Shown: positions 10,302 through 20,367 of the stretch, piece after piece
Position numbering within the stretch: position 1 is the first letter of the stretch
How the letters are laid out: each line of letters begins with the position of its first letter
Origin: Alphaproteobacteria bacterium
Lineage (GTDB): Bacteria > Pseudomonadota > Alphaproteobacteria > GCA-2746255
Length of the DNA stretch: 64,000 nt
Direction of reading: 5' to 3'
Assembly (NCBI GenBank): GCA_965249135.1
Contig: OZ252220.1
Coordinates: 1,760,001 to 1,824,000 of the forward strand
Translations under genes and position numbers: made by a program
Notes under the pieces: generated by a model
What the model was told of the DNA's origin: nothing
The model's input: the letters and a program-made list of their open reading frames with translations, nothing else
Database searches by the model: none

Positions 10302-11107
10302 CCGCCGCCGAAGAGCCGTACATGAACCAGCAATGGGTAAAGGTTGTAAAGCTCGCACCTGGCTTCCCAAAAGCCTTCGCGCATGGTGCGAAGCTCGCCA
10401 TAGCGTTGGAAGAAGGCCTCGCCAAAGGTCGAGAAGAGGGTCGAGAAGGCCAGCTCGATCTCGGGATCCGCAAAGTAAATGGCGGGATCTACGAAAGCGG
10501 CGATCCGGCCATCTCGTGCCAAGACGTTGCCGCCCCACATGTCGCCGTGGATGAGGGAGGGGGGGCTTGCCTCGTCGATCCACTCATCGAGGCGGGCCGC
10601 GAGCTTGTCGATCCGACCGAGGAGCGCGTTGGGCAATCGCCCTGCCTTCGCCGCCTCGCCGGCCATGTAGCGGAGGCGCTGGTCGCGGAAGAAATCCCGC
10701 CAGGAGGCGGCAGGCTGGTTCGGCTGATGAAGGCCACCGATCAGCGTCGCTTCCTCGAAGCCAAAACTCGGGCCGGAGATGCCATGGAGATCGGCAAGCA
10801 ACTCGGCCGCGTCCTCTTCGACGGACGCCGTGATGGGACCTGAGGTTTCGACATAGGTCATCAGCAAAAGCCGGTCGTCCGCATGAACGACCTCGGGCAC
10901 CGGAAGCCGGCTTTTCTCGTGCAGGAAGCGGAGCATGCGCCCCTCAAGCGCAAGGCCGCTTCCTTCCGCGCCTATTTTCGCAACCAGCCGGTCGCCCCCT
11001 TCGAGATCGACACGGTAGACCGGCGCGATGGAGCCTCCGGAAAGGGGCGCAAGACGCTGGGGGCGTCTGCCTGCGTGCTTGACAATCGCCGCTTCGACGT
11101 CCTTCAC
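10256..11107 (-). CDS. Fructosamine/ribulosamine kinase family protein
   Basis: LIHGDMWGGN, DPAIYFADPEIELA, YNLYPLLVH; GTG start at 11107 overlaps the upstream phosphatase stop (GTGA). Confidence 0.9.
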   Translation of the reverse strand: MKDVEAAIVKHAGRRPQRLAPLSGGSIAPVYRVDLEGGDRLVAKIGAEGSGLALEGRMLRFLHEKSRLPVPEVVHADDRLLLMTYVETSGPITASVEEDAAELLADLHGISGPSFGFEEATLIGGLHQPNQPAASWRDFFRDQRLRYMAGEAAKAGRLPNALLGRIDKLAARLDEWIDEASPPSLIHGDMWGGNVLARDGRIAAFVDPAIYFADPEIELAFSTLFSTFGEAFFQRYGELRTMREGFWEARCELYNLYPLLVHVRLFGGGYVGSVEQTLTRFGA

Positions 11108-11589
11108 GCCTGCGCGGCATCCAGGGTGGCCTGGATCTCGGCCAGAAGCCCGGCCGCCCCTTGTTCGACGAGGTCGAGCACCCGGTCGAAGCGATCGACG
11201 TTTCCGTAATAGGGGTCGGGCACGTCGCGCACCAGGGTCTCCGCCGCGAAACTCAGGAAAAGGTGAAGCCGGTCCATACGTTCCGGCGGGCAAAGGCCGA
11301 GCAGGATGGCGTGGTTCCTTCGGTCCATCGCCAGCACGTAGTCGAAATCCTCGAAATCACCTTTCTGGAACTTGCGGGCGCGGAGGTTGCCGATGTCGAC
11401 TCCCCGCTCGCGGGCGGCGGCTTGCGCCCTTGAGTCAGGGGGCTCGCCGACGTGGTAGCTGTGGGTTCCCGCCGAATCGATTTCGACGCAGTGATCGAGT
11501 CCTGCGCCTTCGACCATTGCGCGGAAGATGCCTTCCGCCGTCGGAGAACGGCAGATGTTGCCCATGCAGACGAAAAGAACGCGGATCAC
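11104..11589 (-). CDS. Low-molecular-weight protein-tyrosine phosphatase family
   Basis: VCMGNICRS P-loop, DSAGT, DVPDPYYG. Confidence 0.95.
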   Translation of the reverse strand: MIRVLFVCMGNICRSPTAEGIFRAMVEGAGLDHCVEIDSAGTHSYHVGEPPDSRAQAAARERGVDIGNLRARKFQKGDFEDFDYVLAMDRRNHAILLGLCPPERMDRLHLFLSFAAETLVRDVPDPYYGNVDRFDRVLDLVEQGAAGLLAEIQATLDAAQA

Positions 11590-11631
11590 ACCTATCTCCT
11601 TTTCCCGAATTGCCGTTAGTATTACGCCGTC

Positions 11632-12384
11632 ATGGAAGATGCGAAAAGCCTATCCATCGTGGTGCTGACGGGGGCCGGGATCTCGAAGGAATCCGGGCTT
11701 TCCACCTTCCGGGACCAGGACGGCATCTGGCTCCGGGACCAGGACGGCATCTGGGCGAAGGTAGCCCTTGAGGACGTCGCAACTCCGGAAGGCTTTCTGC
11801 GCGATCCAAAGCGCGTCCACGCATTCTACAACGACCAGCGCCAGGGCATTCTTTCCGACGCGGTTCGCCCAAACGCCGCTCATACGGCGCTGGCCGAGCT
11901 CGAGGCGCGATGGCCCGGCGAGGTGCTTGTCGTCACGCAAAACATCGACAATTTGCACGAACGCGCCGGTTCGAAGAACGTGATCCACATGCATGGGGAA
12001 CTCTTGAAGGCGCGTTGCGGGGCTTGCGGGTCGGTTTTTGCCTGCAATTTCGACCTCGCGCTCGAGATACCCTGCCCAGAATGCATGCGCGCGGGGGGCT
12101 TGCGCCCACATGTCGTCTGGTTTGGCGAGATGCCCCTCGAAATGAACCGAATTTATGCCGCCCTTGGCGAGTGCGATCTCTTCCTTTCGATCGGGACGTC
12201 GGGGAGCGTCTATCCGGCAGCCGGCTTCGTTCAGGAGGTGGGTCAGAACGGCCGCACGCAAACCGTCGAGCTCAACATGGAACCTTCCGAAGGGCGCTCG
12301 TTTTTCGAAGAGCAACGTTATGGGCCGGCCACGGCGATCGTGCCGGCCTATGTGAGCGAACTGCTGGAGAAGATGCCGGCATGA
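11632..12384 (+). CDS. cobB: NAD-dependent protein deacylase (sirtuin) with an 8-aa internal duplication
   Basis: GAGISKESG..FR, TQNIDNLH, HG, CxxC..CxxC zinc site, GTSGSVYPAA. Confidence 0.93.
   Translation: MEDAKSLSIVVLTGAGISKESGLSTFRDQDGIWLRDQDGIWAKVALEDVATPEGFLRDPKRVHAFYNDQRQGILSDAVRPNAAHTALAELEARWPGEVLVVTQNIDNLHERAGSKNVIHMHGELLKARCGACGSVFACNFDLALEIPCPECMRAGGLRPHVVWFGEMPLEMNRIYAALGECDLFLSIGTSGSVYPAAGFVQEVGQNGRTQTVELNMEPSEGRSFFEEQRYGPATAIVPAYVSELLEKMPA
11708..11754 (+). repeat. Direct tandem duplication, period 24 bp, inside cobB
   Basis: TCCGGGACCAGGACGGCATCTGG at 11708-11730 and again at 11732-11754. Confidence 0.95.
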
Positions 12385-12962
12385 CGGCCGCCTTCGATAA
12401 GCTGCTTCGCGAGGTCCGAGCCTGCCAACACTGCAAAGCGTACCTTCCCTTCGCCCCGAAGCCGGTTTTGCGAGCGAGTGCGACGGCGCGCATCCTGATC
12501 ATCGGTCAGGCACCCGGCATGCGTGTTCAGGAGAGCGGCATTCCCTGGAACGATGCTTCCGGCGACAAGCTGCGCGAATGGCTCGAACTTGATTGCGACA
12601 CGTTTTACGACGAAAGCAGGATCGCGATCGTGCCGATGGGGTTTTGCTACCCCGGCAAAGGGCCAGGAGGCGATCTGCCGCCACGGCCGGAATGCGCCCC
12701 CAAATGGCACGAATCCCTGCTTCGGAAGATGCCGAATATCCAACTCACGTTGCTCTTCGGACGCTACGCCCAGGCCCATTACCTGGGCGATGGCGCCCGG
12801 CCGACACTGACGGAAACCGTGCGTGCCTGGCAGGAATTTGCGCCGCGCATCTATCCGCTGCCCCATCCGAGCCCACGCAATCGGCGATGGCTCAAGAAGA
12901 ACCCGTGGTTCGAGAAAGAGGTCGTGACGGCGGTCTGCGCCGTCGTCCACGAACTTCTCTGA
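12381..12962 (+). CDS. Uracil-DNA glycosylase family protein
   Basis: CxxC, IGQAPG, MGFCYPG, PPRPEC, PLPHPSPRN; ATG 12381 overlaps the cobB stop. Confidence 0.9.
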   Translation: MTAAFDKLLREVRACQHCKAYLPFAPKPVLRASATARILIIGQAPGMRVQESGIPWNDASGDKLREWLELDCDTFYDESRIAIVPMGFCYPGKGPGGDLPPRPECAPKWHESLLRKMPNIQLTLLFGRYAQAHYLGDGARPTLTETVRAWQEFAPRIYPLPHPSPRNRRWLKKNPWFEKEVVTAVCAVVHELL

Positions 12963-13027
12963 TCGCTGCCTCTTGATCTTCGCTTTTTCAAGGGCCATCC
13001 TGTCGGCTAGGTTCAGGGAGGAAACCC

Positions 13028-13330
13028 ATGTCCGAAAAACTCGTCGGCACGAATCGTTCGACGGCCCTTCATGAGATTCATGGCTGGATCGAACATGAAG
13101 AACGCGATGCGATCCGCAAGACCTTCCATTTCGCCGATTTCTCGGAAGCCTTTGCCTTCATGGCCCGCGTCGCGATCCTGGCCGAGAAGGCTGATCATCA
13201 TCCGGAGTGGTTCAACGTCTACAACCGGGTCGAGATTATCCTAAGCACGCACGATGTCGATGGGCTTACCCGAAAGGACATCGATCTGGCGCGGCGGATC
13301 GACGAAATCGCGCCCGAGCGCGAGAAATAG
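13028..13330 (+). CDS. phhB: Pterin-4a-carbinolamine dehydratase
   Basis: [10 protein letters not shown] and STHD motifs. Confidence 0.92.
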   Translation: MSEKLVGTNRSTALHEIHGWIEHEERDAIRKTFHFADFSEAFAFMARVAILAEKADHHPEWFNVYNRVEIILSTHDVDGLTRKDIDLARRIDEIAPEREK

Positions 13331-13350
13331 CCACTAAAACGCGTACCGCT

Positions 13351-14361
13351 TCATTCCTCGCTTTTCGGTGCTTGCGAGGCAGGCGCATTCGTGTCCGACG
13401 CCTTCTTGATGGCGGCGGGACCCGCCCCCTCGATGGCCGCGGCCGAGGCCGGCGTGATTGCCGTCCGTTTGAGGCGGGCCTCGCGTTCCGCGATGTAGAT
13501 GGCGGCCACCGCGATGATGGCTCCGCCCACCCAGGTCATGAGATCCGGCACCTGGGTGAAGACGAGGAAGCCGATGATCGCAACGAAGGGAAGACGCAAG
13601 TAGTCAAAGGGAAGGACCGCGGTCACGTCCGTCACGGCGAAGGCGCGCGTCATCGCCAAATGGCCGATGCTCGCCGATACACCGAGCGCGACCAGCACCG
13701 GCCATTCCTCCCATTGCGGAGTCTTCCAGACGAAGAGCGCCGGAATGAGCGAGATCGGCGTCAGGAACAGGACCATGTAGGTCACCATCGCGTTCGCCGA
13801 TTCGGTCCGCGACAGAATTTTGATCATGATGACGGTGGCCGCCCATGCCACCGCCGCCGTGAGAACGAGAAAGGCCGCTGGATCGATGATGCTGGCGCCG
13901 GGCCGAAGCAGGACCATCGCCCCTAGGAAGCCGACTATTGTCGCGCTCCACCGTCGCCAGCCGACCTGCTCATTAAGGAAGAAGGGTGCGGCGGCGGTGG
14001 CGAAAAGCGGTACCGTGAAGCTGAGGGCGACGGCCTCCGCAAGCGGCATCATCGTGACGGCGGTGAACCAAGTAAGCATCGCGATGAGCCCAAAGACGCT
14101 TCGTACCGTGTAAAGGTCAAGCCGTTCCGTCTTGAGCGCGCCGAAACCGGCACGAAAGAGCCACGGCAACATGAAAACGAGCCCGAAGAGATTCCGGAAG
14201 AAGGCGATCTCGAAAGGGTGGTGATCGTATCGTTCGGCGATGTAACGGATGAGGCCGATGAGCACGGCAAAGGCGGCGGCTGCCGCCATCATCCAAAGGG
14301 CCCCCTGGACGGGCGTGGAAAGCGGTGCGCTCGGTGTGCGAAGGGAAGGCTGGCCTGGCAT
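13351..14361 (-). CDS. DMT/EamA-family transporter
   Basis: About 10 hydrophobic segments; EIAFFR, FLNEQVGWRRW, PFDYLRL. Confidence 0.9.
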   Translation of the reverse strand: MPGQPSLRTPSAPLSTPVQGALWMMAAAAAFAVLIGLIRYIAERYDHHPFEIAFFRNLFGLVFMLPWLFRAGFGALKTERLDLYTVRSVFGLIAMLTWFTAVTMMPLAEAVALSFTVPLFATAAAPFFLNEQVGWRRWSATIVGFLGAMVLLRPGASIIDPAAFLVLTAAVAWAATVIMIKILSRTESANAMVTYMVLFLTPISLIPALFVWKTPQWEEWPVLVALGVSASIGHLAMTRAFAVTDVTAVLPFDYLRLPFVAIIGFLVFTQVPDLMTWVGGAIIAVAAIYIAEREARLKRTAITPASAAAIEGAGPAAIKKASDTNAPASQAPKSEE

Positions 14362-14480
14362 CTTCTCAACTTATGATTCACCCCGGCTTCCGGCAATGGC
14401 CGGAAGCTCGCCAAGGAAGAAGCGGGCTGCCATACTTCTTCAAAGACACGAAACAGGCGTGCTGATTCGGGGGAAGCCAC

Positions 14481-14771
14481 ATGCAGTTTCTGATCATCGC
14501 CAAGGACGGGACGGATGAAGGGGCGCTCGACCGCCGCATGAAGGTGCGCGAAGCGCATCTTGAGGGGGTGCGGAAGATGCGCACGCAAGGTGCGTTCATC
14601 GAAGGGGGCGCCATCCTCGATGACGAAGGCAAGATGGTCGGCTCCTGCATGATCGTCGAGTTTTCTTCCCACGAGACGCTGGACGCCTGGCTACGCAACG
14701 ACCCCTACGTTACCGGCGGCGTTTGGCAGGAAATCGACGTCCGCCCGTTCAAGGTGGCGCCCCTCGGTTAG
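14481..14771 (+). CDS. YciI-family protein
   Basis: RxxxRxAHL, GS, DPY..GVW motifs; 96 aa. Confidence 0.88.
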   Translation: MQFLIIAKDGTDEGALDRRMKVREAHLEGVRKMRTQGAFIEGGAILDDEGKMVGSCMIVEFSSHETLDAWLRNDPYVTGGVWQEIDVRPFKVAPLG

Positions 14772-14798
14772 AAGCGTTCGGCGGTTAGAAGCGTTCGG
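14765..14798 (+). repeat. Perfect 17-bp tandem duplication covering the yciI stop codon
   Basis: CGGTTAGAAGCGTTCGG at 14765-14781 and 14782-14798. Confidence 0.9.
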
Positions 14799-14808
14799 AA
14801 GGCCTGTC

Positions 14809-15453
14809 TTAGGCCAGCCCCTCGGCGACGGTGAAATGCGCCTCGGTGCGCGCGCGGATTTCTTCGGCGCTGATTTCAGGCGCAAGCTCGGTGAGCACCA
14901 TGCCATCCTTGTCGATCTCGAACACGCCTATGTCCGAAATCACCAGGTCGACAACACCCGCACCCGTCAGCGGCAGGATGCAACTCTTCAGGAGCTTCGG
15001 CGAGCCATCCTTCGCATTGTGATCCATCATGACGACAACTTTTTTCACGCCGGCGACGAGATCCATCGCGCCGCCCATTCCCTTCACCATCTTCCCAGGG
15101 ATCATCCAGTTGGCGAGATCGCCATTTTCGGCAACCTGCATGGCGCCAAGAATCGAAAGATCGATATGTCCGCCACGGATCATGCCGAAGGACGTGGCAC
15201 TGTCGAAATAGCTGCTGCTGTCGAGTTCCGAGATCGTTTGCTTGCCGGCGTTGATGAGGTCCGGGTCCTCTTCGCCTTCGTAAGGGAAGGGGCCCATGCC
15301 GAGCATGCCGTTCTCGCTCTGCAGGGTTACTTGCATGCCTTCAGGGATGTAGTTCGCAACCAGGGTCGGCATGCCGATCCCCAGATTGACGTAATAGCCG
15401 TCCCGAAGTTCCTGCCCGGCGCGTTGTGCCATCTCATCGCGTGACCAAGGCAT
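14809..15453 (-). CDS. scoB: 3-oxoacid CoA-transferase subunit B
   Basis: [12 protein letters not shown] catalytic motif, GMGGAMDL. Confidence 0.93.
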   Translation of the reverse strand: MPWSRDEMAQRAGQELRDGYYVNLGIGMPTLVANYIPEGMQVTLQSENGMLGMGPFPYEGEEDPDLINAGKQTISELDSSSYFDSATSFGMIRGGHIDLSILGAMQVAENGDLANWMIPGKMVKGMGGAMDLVAGVKKVVVMMDHNAKDGSPKLLKSCILPLTGAGVVDLVISDIGVFEIDKDGMVLTELAPEISAEEIRARTEAHFTVAEGLA

Positions 15454-15465
15454 TCCCTTCCTCCC

Positions 15466-16182
15466 TTAAGCCGCTTTTCCGGAACTCGGCCGCGTCGTCA
15501 GCCGTTCGATTCGTTTTTCGAAATGGGTTCCCTCCAGGATTCGTTGAACGAAGATGCCGGGGGTATGGACTTGATCCGGATCCATCTCGCTTGGCTCGAC
15601 GAGCTGTTCGACCTCGACGACGGTGACCTTCGCCGCGGAGGCCATCATCGGATTGAAGTTTCGCGCCGTCTTCCGGTAAAGGAGATTGCCTTCCGTATCC
15701 CCCTTCCACGCCTTCACGATGGCCAGATCACCGACGATCCCGCGCTCCATCACGTAATGTTCGCCGTCGAATTCGCGCGTTTCCTTTCCATCGGCGATGA
15801 TCGTGCCAAAGCCGGTCTTCGTGAAGAAAGCAGGGATGCCGGCACCGCCGGCGCGGATGCGCTCGGCAAGCGTGCCTTGCGGATTGAATTCAAGCTCGAG
15901 TTCGCCGTCCAGGTAGAGCTGTTCGAACAACTTGTTTTCGCCGACATAGGAGGAAACCATTTTGCGGATCTGGCGGGTCTCGAGAAGGATGCCAAGTCCG
16001 AAACCGTCCACCCCGCAATTGTTGCTGACGACGGTAAGGCCCTTGACGCCGGAGTCCCGGATCGCCGCGATCAGGTGTTCTGGTATCCCGCATAGGCCGA
16101 AGCCGCCGGCCAGGATCGTCATATCGTCGAAGAGAAGCCCATCGAGGGCAGATTTCGCGTCCGGATAGACCTTCGAAGACAT
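15466..16182 (-). CDS. scoA: 3-oxoacid CoA-transferase subunit A
   Basis: GGFGLCGIP, SYVGEN, PQGTLAER, ARNFNP; ATG 16182 (MSSKVY). Confidence 0.93.
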   Translation of the reverse strand: MSSKVYPDAKSALDGLLFDDMTILAGGFGLCGIPEHLIAAIRDSGVKGLTVVSNNCGVDGFGLGILLETRQIRKMVSSYVGENKLFEQLYLDGELELEFNPQGTLAERIRAGGAGIPAFFTKTGFGTIIADGKETREFDGEHYVMERGIVGDLAIVKAWKGDTEGNLLYRKTARNFNPMMASAAKVTVVEVEQLVEPSEMDPDQVHTPGIFVQRILEGTHFEKRIERLTTRPSSGKAA

Positions 16183-16274
16183 TGCGTTCTTCCTTCCCTG
16201 TCTCGCCGATGACCGGCGTTTTGCGTGTTGACAGGCTGCCGCTTTGGCCCTGTCAACGCGCCCCCCTCTTAACC

Positions 16275-17258
16275 CTATCCGCCTTTCGGCGTGAGCACGA
16301 CCTTGCCGATCGAGCGCCGTGTTTTCAGCAAATTCAAGGCTTCCACCACGCGCTCCAGAGGCAGGGTCTCCGAGACATGGGGCCGTAGCTTGCCCTCTTC
16401 CCACCAGCCGAGCAGCGTCACGAAGGAATCGCGCACCCGCTCCGGGGTTCGTTTCACATAGCTCCCCCACACAAAGCCGTGGACGGTCACGTTCTTGACG
16501 AGCAGCACGTTCGCCGGAATCTGGGGCACCTCGCCGCTTGCAAAGCCGATGAGCAGGATGCGGCCTCCCCAGGCGGTGGCGCGCAGCGACGCCTCGAAGA
16601 CCGGACCACCGACCGGATCAAAGACGACGTCGGCCCCCCGCTCATTGGTGAGTTCCTTGACGCGGGTGCGGATGTCTTCCCCGCGGGAATCGATGCAGAA
16701 ATCCGCCCCATGCTTGGACGCCACCTGGAGTTTCGCCGCGCTGCTCGCGGTGGCGATCACCTTTGCCCCCATCGCCTTTCCGATCTCGACCGCCGTCAGC
16801 CCGACCCCGCCGGCCGCGCCATGGACGAGCAGGGTTTCGCCGGGCTTGAGCGCCGCCCGCCAGGCAAGGGCGCCATGGGAGGTCCCGTAGGCGACGGGAA
16901 AACCGGCCGCGTAGACGAAATCGAGGCGATCGGGGATCGGGAAGACGGCGGACGCTTCCGCAACGGCCTCTTCGGCGAAACCACCCCTCTCGACGACGGC
17001 CATGACCCGTTGGCCCGGCGAAAGGGTGGTGACGTCCTCACCACATTCCATAATGAAGCCCGCCACCTCGAGGCCGGGGGTGAAGGGAAAGGCCGGTTTT
17101 TCCTGGTATTGGCCAGAAATCAGCAATAAATCGGCAAAATTGATGCCCGCCGCTTGGACGCGGATACGAACGCCGCTTGAATGAAGTACCGGCGATGACA
17201 CCTCTTCGAGGCGCAATTTTTCCGGCGGTCCCCATTCCTGGCAAAGAACGGCTTGCAT
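16275..17258 (-). CDS. NADPH:quinone oxidoreductase (zeta-crystallin/MDR family)
   Basis: GINFAD, PFTPGLEVAG, HGAAGGVG, DPVGG, GFASG. Confidence 0.92.
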   Translation of the reverse strand: MQAVLCQEWGPPEKLRLEEVSSPVLHSSGVRIRVQAAGINFADLLLISGQYQEKPAFPFTPGLEVAGFIMECGEDVTTLSPGQRVMAVVERGGFAEEAVAEASAVFPIPDRLDFVYAAGFPVAYGTSHGALAWRAALKPGETLLVHGAAGGVGLTAVEIGKAMGAKVIATASSAAKLQVASKHGADFCIDSRGEDIRTRVKELTNERGADVVFDPVGGPVFEASLRATAWGGRILLIGFASGEVPQIPANVLLVKNVTVHGFVWGSYVKRTPERVRDSFVTLLGWWEEGKLRPHVSETLPLERVVEALNLLKTRRSIGKVVLTPKGG

Positions 17259-17398
17259 CTTGGTTTTTCCGATCCGATCTCGTATGACACTAGGATCTAC
17301 TTCCGGCGAAGGACACCGGGACAGACTTTTTACCTAAACCGGCGAGGTGTTGGAAGTCGATGGTTAAGCTGCGGAGGAGAAGGGAAGGGAAGACCCGA

Positions 17399-17920
17399 AT
17401 GCTGCGAAGGGGAAGCAGGCAGCTCCTTCTTGTCGTGGCGTTTCTTTTCGTTTTCGGTCCGGCCTTGGCAGACGAAATCAAGGGCCTCGGCGCGTTCAAG
17501 CGGTGGGATGCCTATTACTACACCGAGAATGACGCAAAGGTTTGCTACATCGCCTCGCGACCCGTGAAAGAAGAAGGTGACTACGTCCGCCGGGGCGAGG
17601 TGTTTATCCTAGTCACGCATCGCCCCGCCGCAAAAACCCGAGACGTTGTCAGTTTCCAGGCCGGCTATTCCTTCAAGGAAGGAGCCAGCGTAACGATCAC
17701 AATCGACAAGGTGACGAGATTCACGTTGTTCACGGAAGGGGACCTGGCCTGGGCGGAGGATACGAAAACCGATCAGGCCCTCATCGCCGCCATGAAGAAG
17801 GGAAGCCGCATGGTCGTCGGCGGCACTTCCAAGCGGGGGACGAAAACGACGGACACTTACTCGCTGGCCGGTTTTACGGCATCCCATCGGGCCATCACCC
17901 TCGCCTGCGGCCTCGAATAG
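17399..17920 (+). CDS. Invasion-associated locus B (IalB)-family exported protein
   Basis: Signal peptide, W..Y......[17 protein letters not shown]; directly upstream of rlmN. Confidence 0.78.
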   Translation: MLRRGSRQLLLVVAFLFVFGPALADEIKGLGAFKRWDAYYYTENDAKVCYIASRPVKEEGDYVRRGEVFILVTHRPAAKTRDVVSFQAGYSFKEGASVTITIDKVTRFTLFTEGDLAWAEDTKTDQALIAAMKKGSRMVVGGTSKRGTKTTDTYSLAGFTASHRAITLACGLE

Positions 17921-17984
17921 CCGACGGAATTCGAACGAAAACCATTGCGTTTTCGGCACTTCCACCGCTATCACACGGACCATC

Positions 17985-19142
17985 ATGGAAGGACGGATCG
18001 AAAAGCTGGGGCCTCTAGGGTCGCCACCGCCAGCGCACGAGGCGGCGACGGGGCCTGTGTGCGACCTCGTGGGCCTGAGCCGCGAAGAGCTTGGGGATGT
18101 TTTTGCGGGCCTTGGGGAGTCCCCTTACCGGGTGAAGCAGCTATGGCACTGGATCTACCACCGGGGAGTGCTGCAGTTCTCGGAGATGACGACCTTTAAC
18201 AAGAAACTCCAGGGCCTGCTTTCGGAAAGCTGCCGGGTGACGCGGCCGGAAGTCCGCCGCCTTCAGGAATCCGCCGATGGGACACGGAAATGGCTGCTTG
18301 CCTTTGCGGACGGGAGTGAAGCGGAAACCGTCCACATTCCGGAAACGGACCGAGGCGCGCTTTGCATTTCCTCTCAAGTGGGCTGCACGCTCACCTGCCG
18401 GTTCTGTCACACCGGGACCCAGAAGCTGGTTCGCAACCTTACGCCGGGCGAAATCGTCGGTCAGATGTTGATCGCGCGGGATCACTTCAATGAGTGGCCA
18501 AGCCCGAAGGAAAGACGGTACATTTCTAACGTCGTCTTCATGGGGATGGGCGAGCCGCTCTACAATTACGAGAATGTTGCCCAGGCAATTCGTATCCTGG
18601 TGGACGGGGAAGGAATCGCGCTTTCGAAACGGCGGATCACCTTATCTACGGCAGGGGTCGTGCCGATGATTCAGCGGGCGGGGGATGAGCTTGACGTGCA
18701 ACTCGCGATCTCGTTGCATGCGACGACGGATGAATTGCGGGACGAGCTTGTACCGCTCAACCGGAAATATCCGTTGGCCGAATTGATGAAAGCATGCCGG
18801 ACCTATCCGCGAGCGGCAAATTCGCGGCGCATTACGTTTGAGTACGTCATGCTGAAAGGTGTGAATGATTCCGTCGCGGATGCGAAGCGGCTTGTGAAAT
18901 TGATCCAGGGTATCCCGGCGAAGGTGAATCTCATTCCTTTCAACGCCTGGCCGGGGGCGCCTTACGAATGTTCAACGCCGGAGGCGATTGCCGCCTTTGC
19001 GGACGTCGTGAACGCGGCAGGCTATGCTTCGCCGGTGCGTATCCCCAGGGGGCAGGATATCCTTGCCGCCTGTGGACAGTTGAAATCGGCCAGTCGGCGG
19101 CAGCCGAAGGTTCCGGCCAAGGCGACGGCAGAAGGGAATTAG
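17985..19142 (+). CDS. rlmN: 23S rRNA/tRNA C2-methyltransferase (radical SAM)
   Basis: [33 protein letters not shown]. Confidence 0.97.
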   Translation: MEGRIEKLGPLGSPPPAHEAATGPVCDLVGLSREELGDVFAGLGESPYRVKQLWHWIYHRGVLQFSEMTTFNKKLQGLLSESCRVTRPEVRRLQESADGTRKWLLAFADGSEAETVHIPETDRGALCISSQVGCTLTCRFCHTGTQKLVRNLTPGEIVGQMLIARDHFNEWPSPKERRYISNVVFMGMGEPLYNYENVAQAIRILVDGEGIALSKRRITLSTAGVVPMIQRAGDELDVQLAISLHATTDELRDELVPLNRKYPLAELMKACRTYPRAANSRRITFEYVMLKGVNDSVADAKRLVKLIQGIPAKVNLIPFNAWPGAPYECSTPEAIAAFADVVNAAGYASPVRIPRGQDILAACGQLKSASRRQPKVPAKATAEGN

Positions 19143-19146
19143 GGCG

Positions 19147-20355
19147 ATGGGCACCAAGGTAAAGAAAGCGGTCCTGGCCTATTCCGGTGGGCTCGATACC
19201 TCCGTCATCCTGCACTGGCTGAAGGAGACTTATGGTTGCGAGGTCGTCACCTTCACGGCCGATCTTGGTCAGGGGGACGAGCTTACCGAAGCGAAGGCGA
19301 AGGCGGAGGCAGCCGGCGTCAGGGAAGTCTTCGTCGAAGACCTTCGGGAAGTATTCGTCCGCGATTTTGTCTTCCCGATGTTCCGGGCGAATGCGCTTTA
19401 TGAGGGGGTCTACCTGCTCGGCACCGCGATCGCGCGTCCGCTCATCGCCAAACGGCAGGTCGAAATCGCCGCCGAAACCGGAGCGGACGCCGTCGTCCAT
19501 GGGGCGACGGGCAAGGGCAACGACCAAGTACGCTTCGAGCTTGCCTATTACGCATTGAATCCGGACATCCAGGTCATCGCGCCTTGGCGGGAGTGGGACC
19601 TGGATTCGCGGACGAAACTTGTCGCCTATGCGAAGAGCCATGGGATCCCGGTCAACAAGGGGGCCCAGGGTGGGCCGCCCTATTCGATGGATGCGAATCT
19701 TCTCCACATTTCCTACGAGGGCAAGGCGCTGGAAGATCCCTGGGCCGAACCGGAAGAGGCCATGTTCAACTTGACGGTGGCCCCTGAGGCGGCTCCGGAC
19801 AAGCCCGCCACCGTCGAGATCGATTTCGAAGGAGGCGACGCGACAAAGGTCGACGGAAAAGGCTTAAGTCCGGCGGCGCTTCTTAAGAAACTGAATGAAC
19901 TTGCCGGTGCTCATGGTATCGGGCGGGCCGACATCGTCGAGAACCGGTTCGTCGGCATGAAGTCGCGGGGCGTTTACGAAACGCCGGGGGGCACGCTTCT
20001 TTGTCTCGCGCACCGGGCGATGGAAAGCCTGACGCTGGATCGGGGGGCTGCGCATTTGAAGGACGAGCTGATGCCGCGCTATGCCGAGCTTGTCTATAAC
20101 GGCTTTTGGTTTTCGCCGGAGCGGGAAATGATCCAGGCGGCGATCGATGCCTGCCAGAAAAACGTGACCGGCACCGTGCGCATGAAGCTTTACAAGGGAA
20201 CGGCGAGCGTCGTAGGGCGGAAATCGCCAACCACCCTTTACGATCCGGGTCATGCAACCTTCGAGGCGGACGACGTCTACGACCAGAAGGATGCGGAAGG
20301 CTTCATCAAGCTTAACGCGCTAAGGCTTCGGCTTTCTGCGAAGAAGCGGGACTAG
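19147..20355 (+). CDS. argG: Argininosuccinate synthase
   Basis: [33 protein letters not shown]. Confidence 0.98.
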   Translation: MGTKVKKAVLAYSGGLDTSVILHWLKETYGCEVVTFTADLGQGDELTEAKAKAEAAGVREVFVEDLREVFVRDFVFPMFRANALYEGVYLLGTAIARPLIAKRQVEIAAETGADAVVHGATGKGNDQVRFELAYYALNPDIQVIAPWREWDLDSRTKLVAYAKSHGIPVNKGAQGGPPYSMDANLLHISYEGKALEDPWAEPEEAMFNLTVAPEAAPDKPATVEIDFEGGDATKVDGKGLSPAALLKKLNELAGAHGIGRADIVENRFVGMKSRGVYETPGGTLLCLAHRAMESLTLDRGAAHLKDELMPRYAELVYNGFWFSPEREMIQAAIDACQKNVTGTVRMKLYKGTASVVGRKSPTTLYDPGHATFEADDVYDQKDAEGFIKLNALRLRLSAKKRD

Positions 20356-20367
20356 CGTTCCCAAAAT

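Noticed and set aside
11910-12380. N-terminal extension of the UDG ORF (and similar extensions of scoA, the fructosamine kinase, the ABC permease and NeuB no. 3)
   Set aside because: The extensions overlap neighbouring genes; family-like sequence begins at downstream starts with coupling or an RBS.
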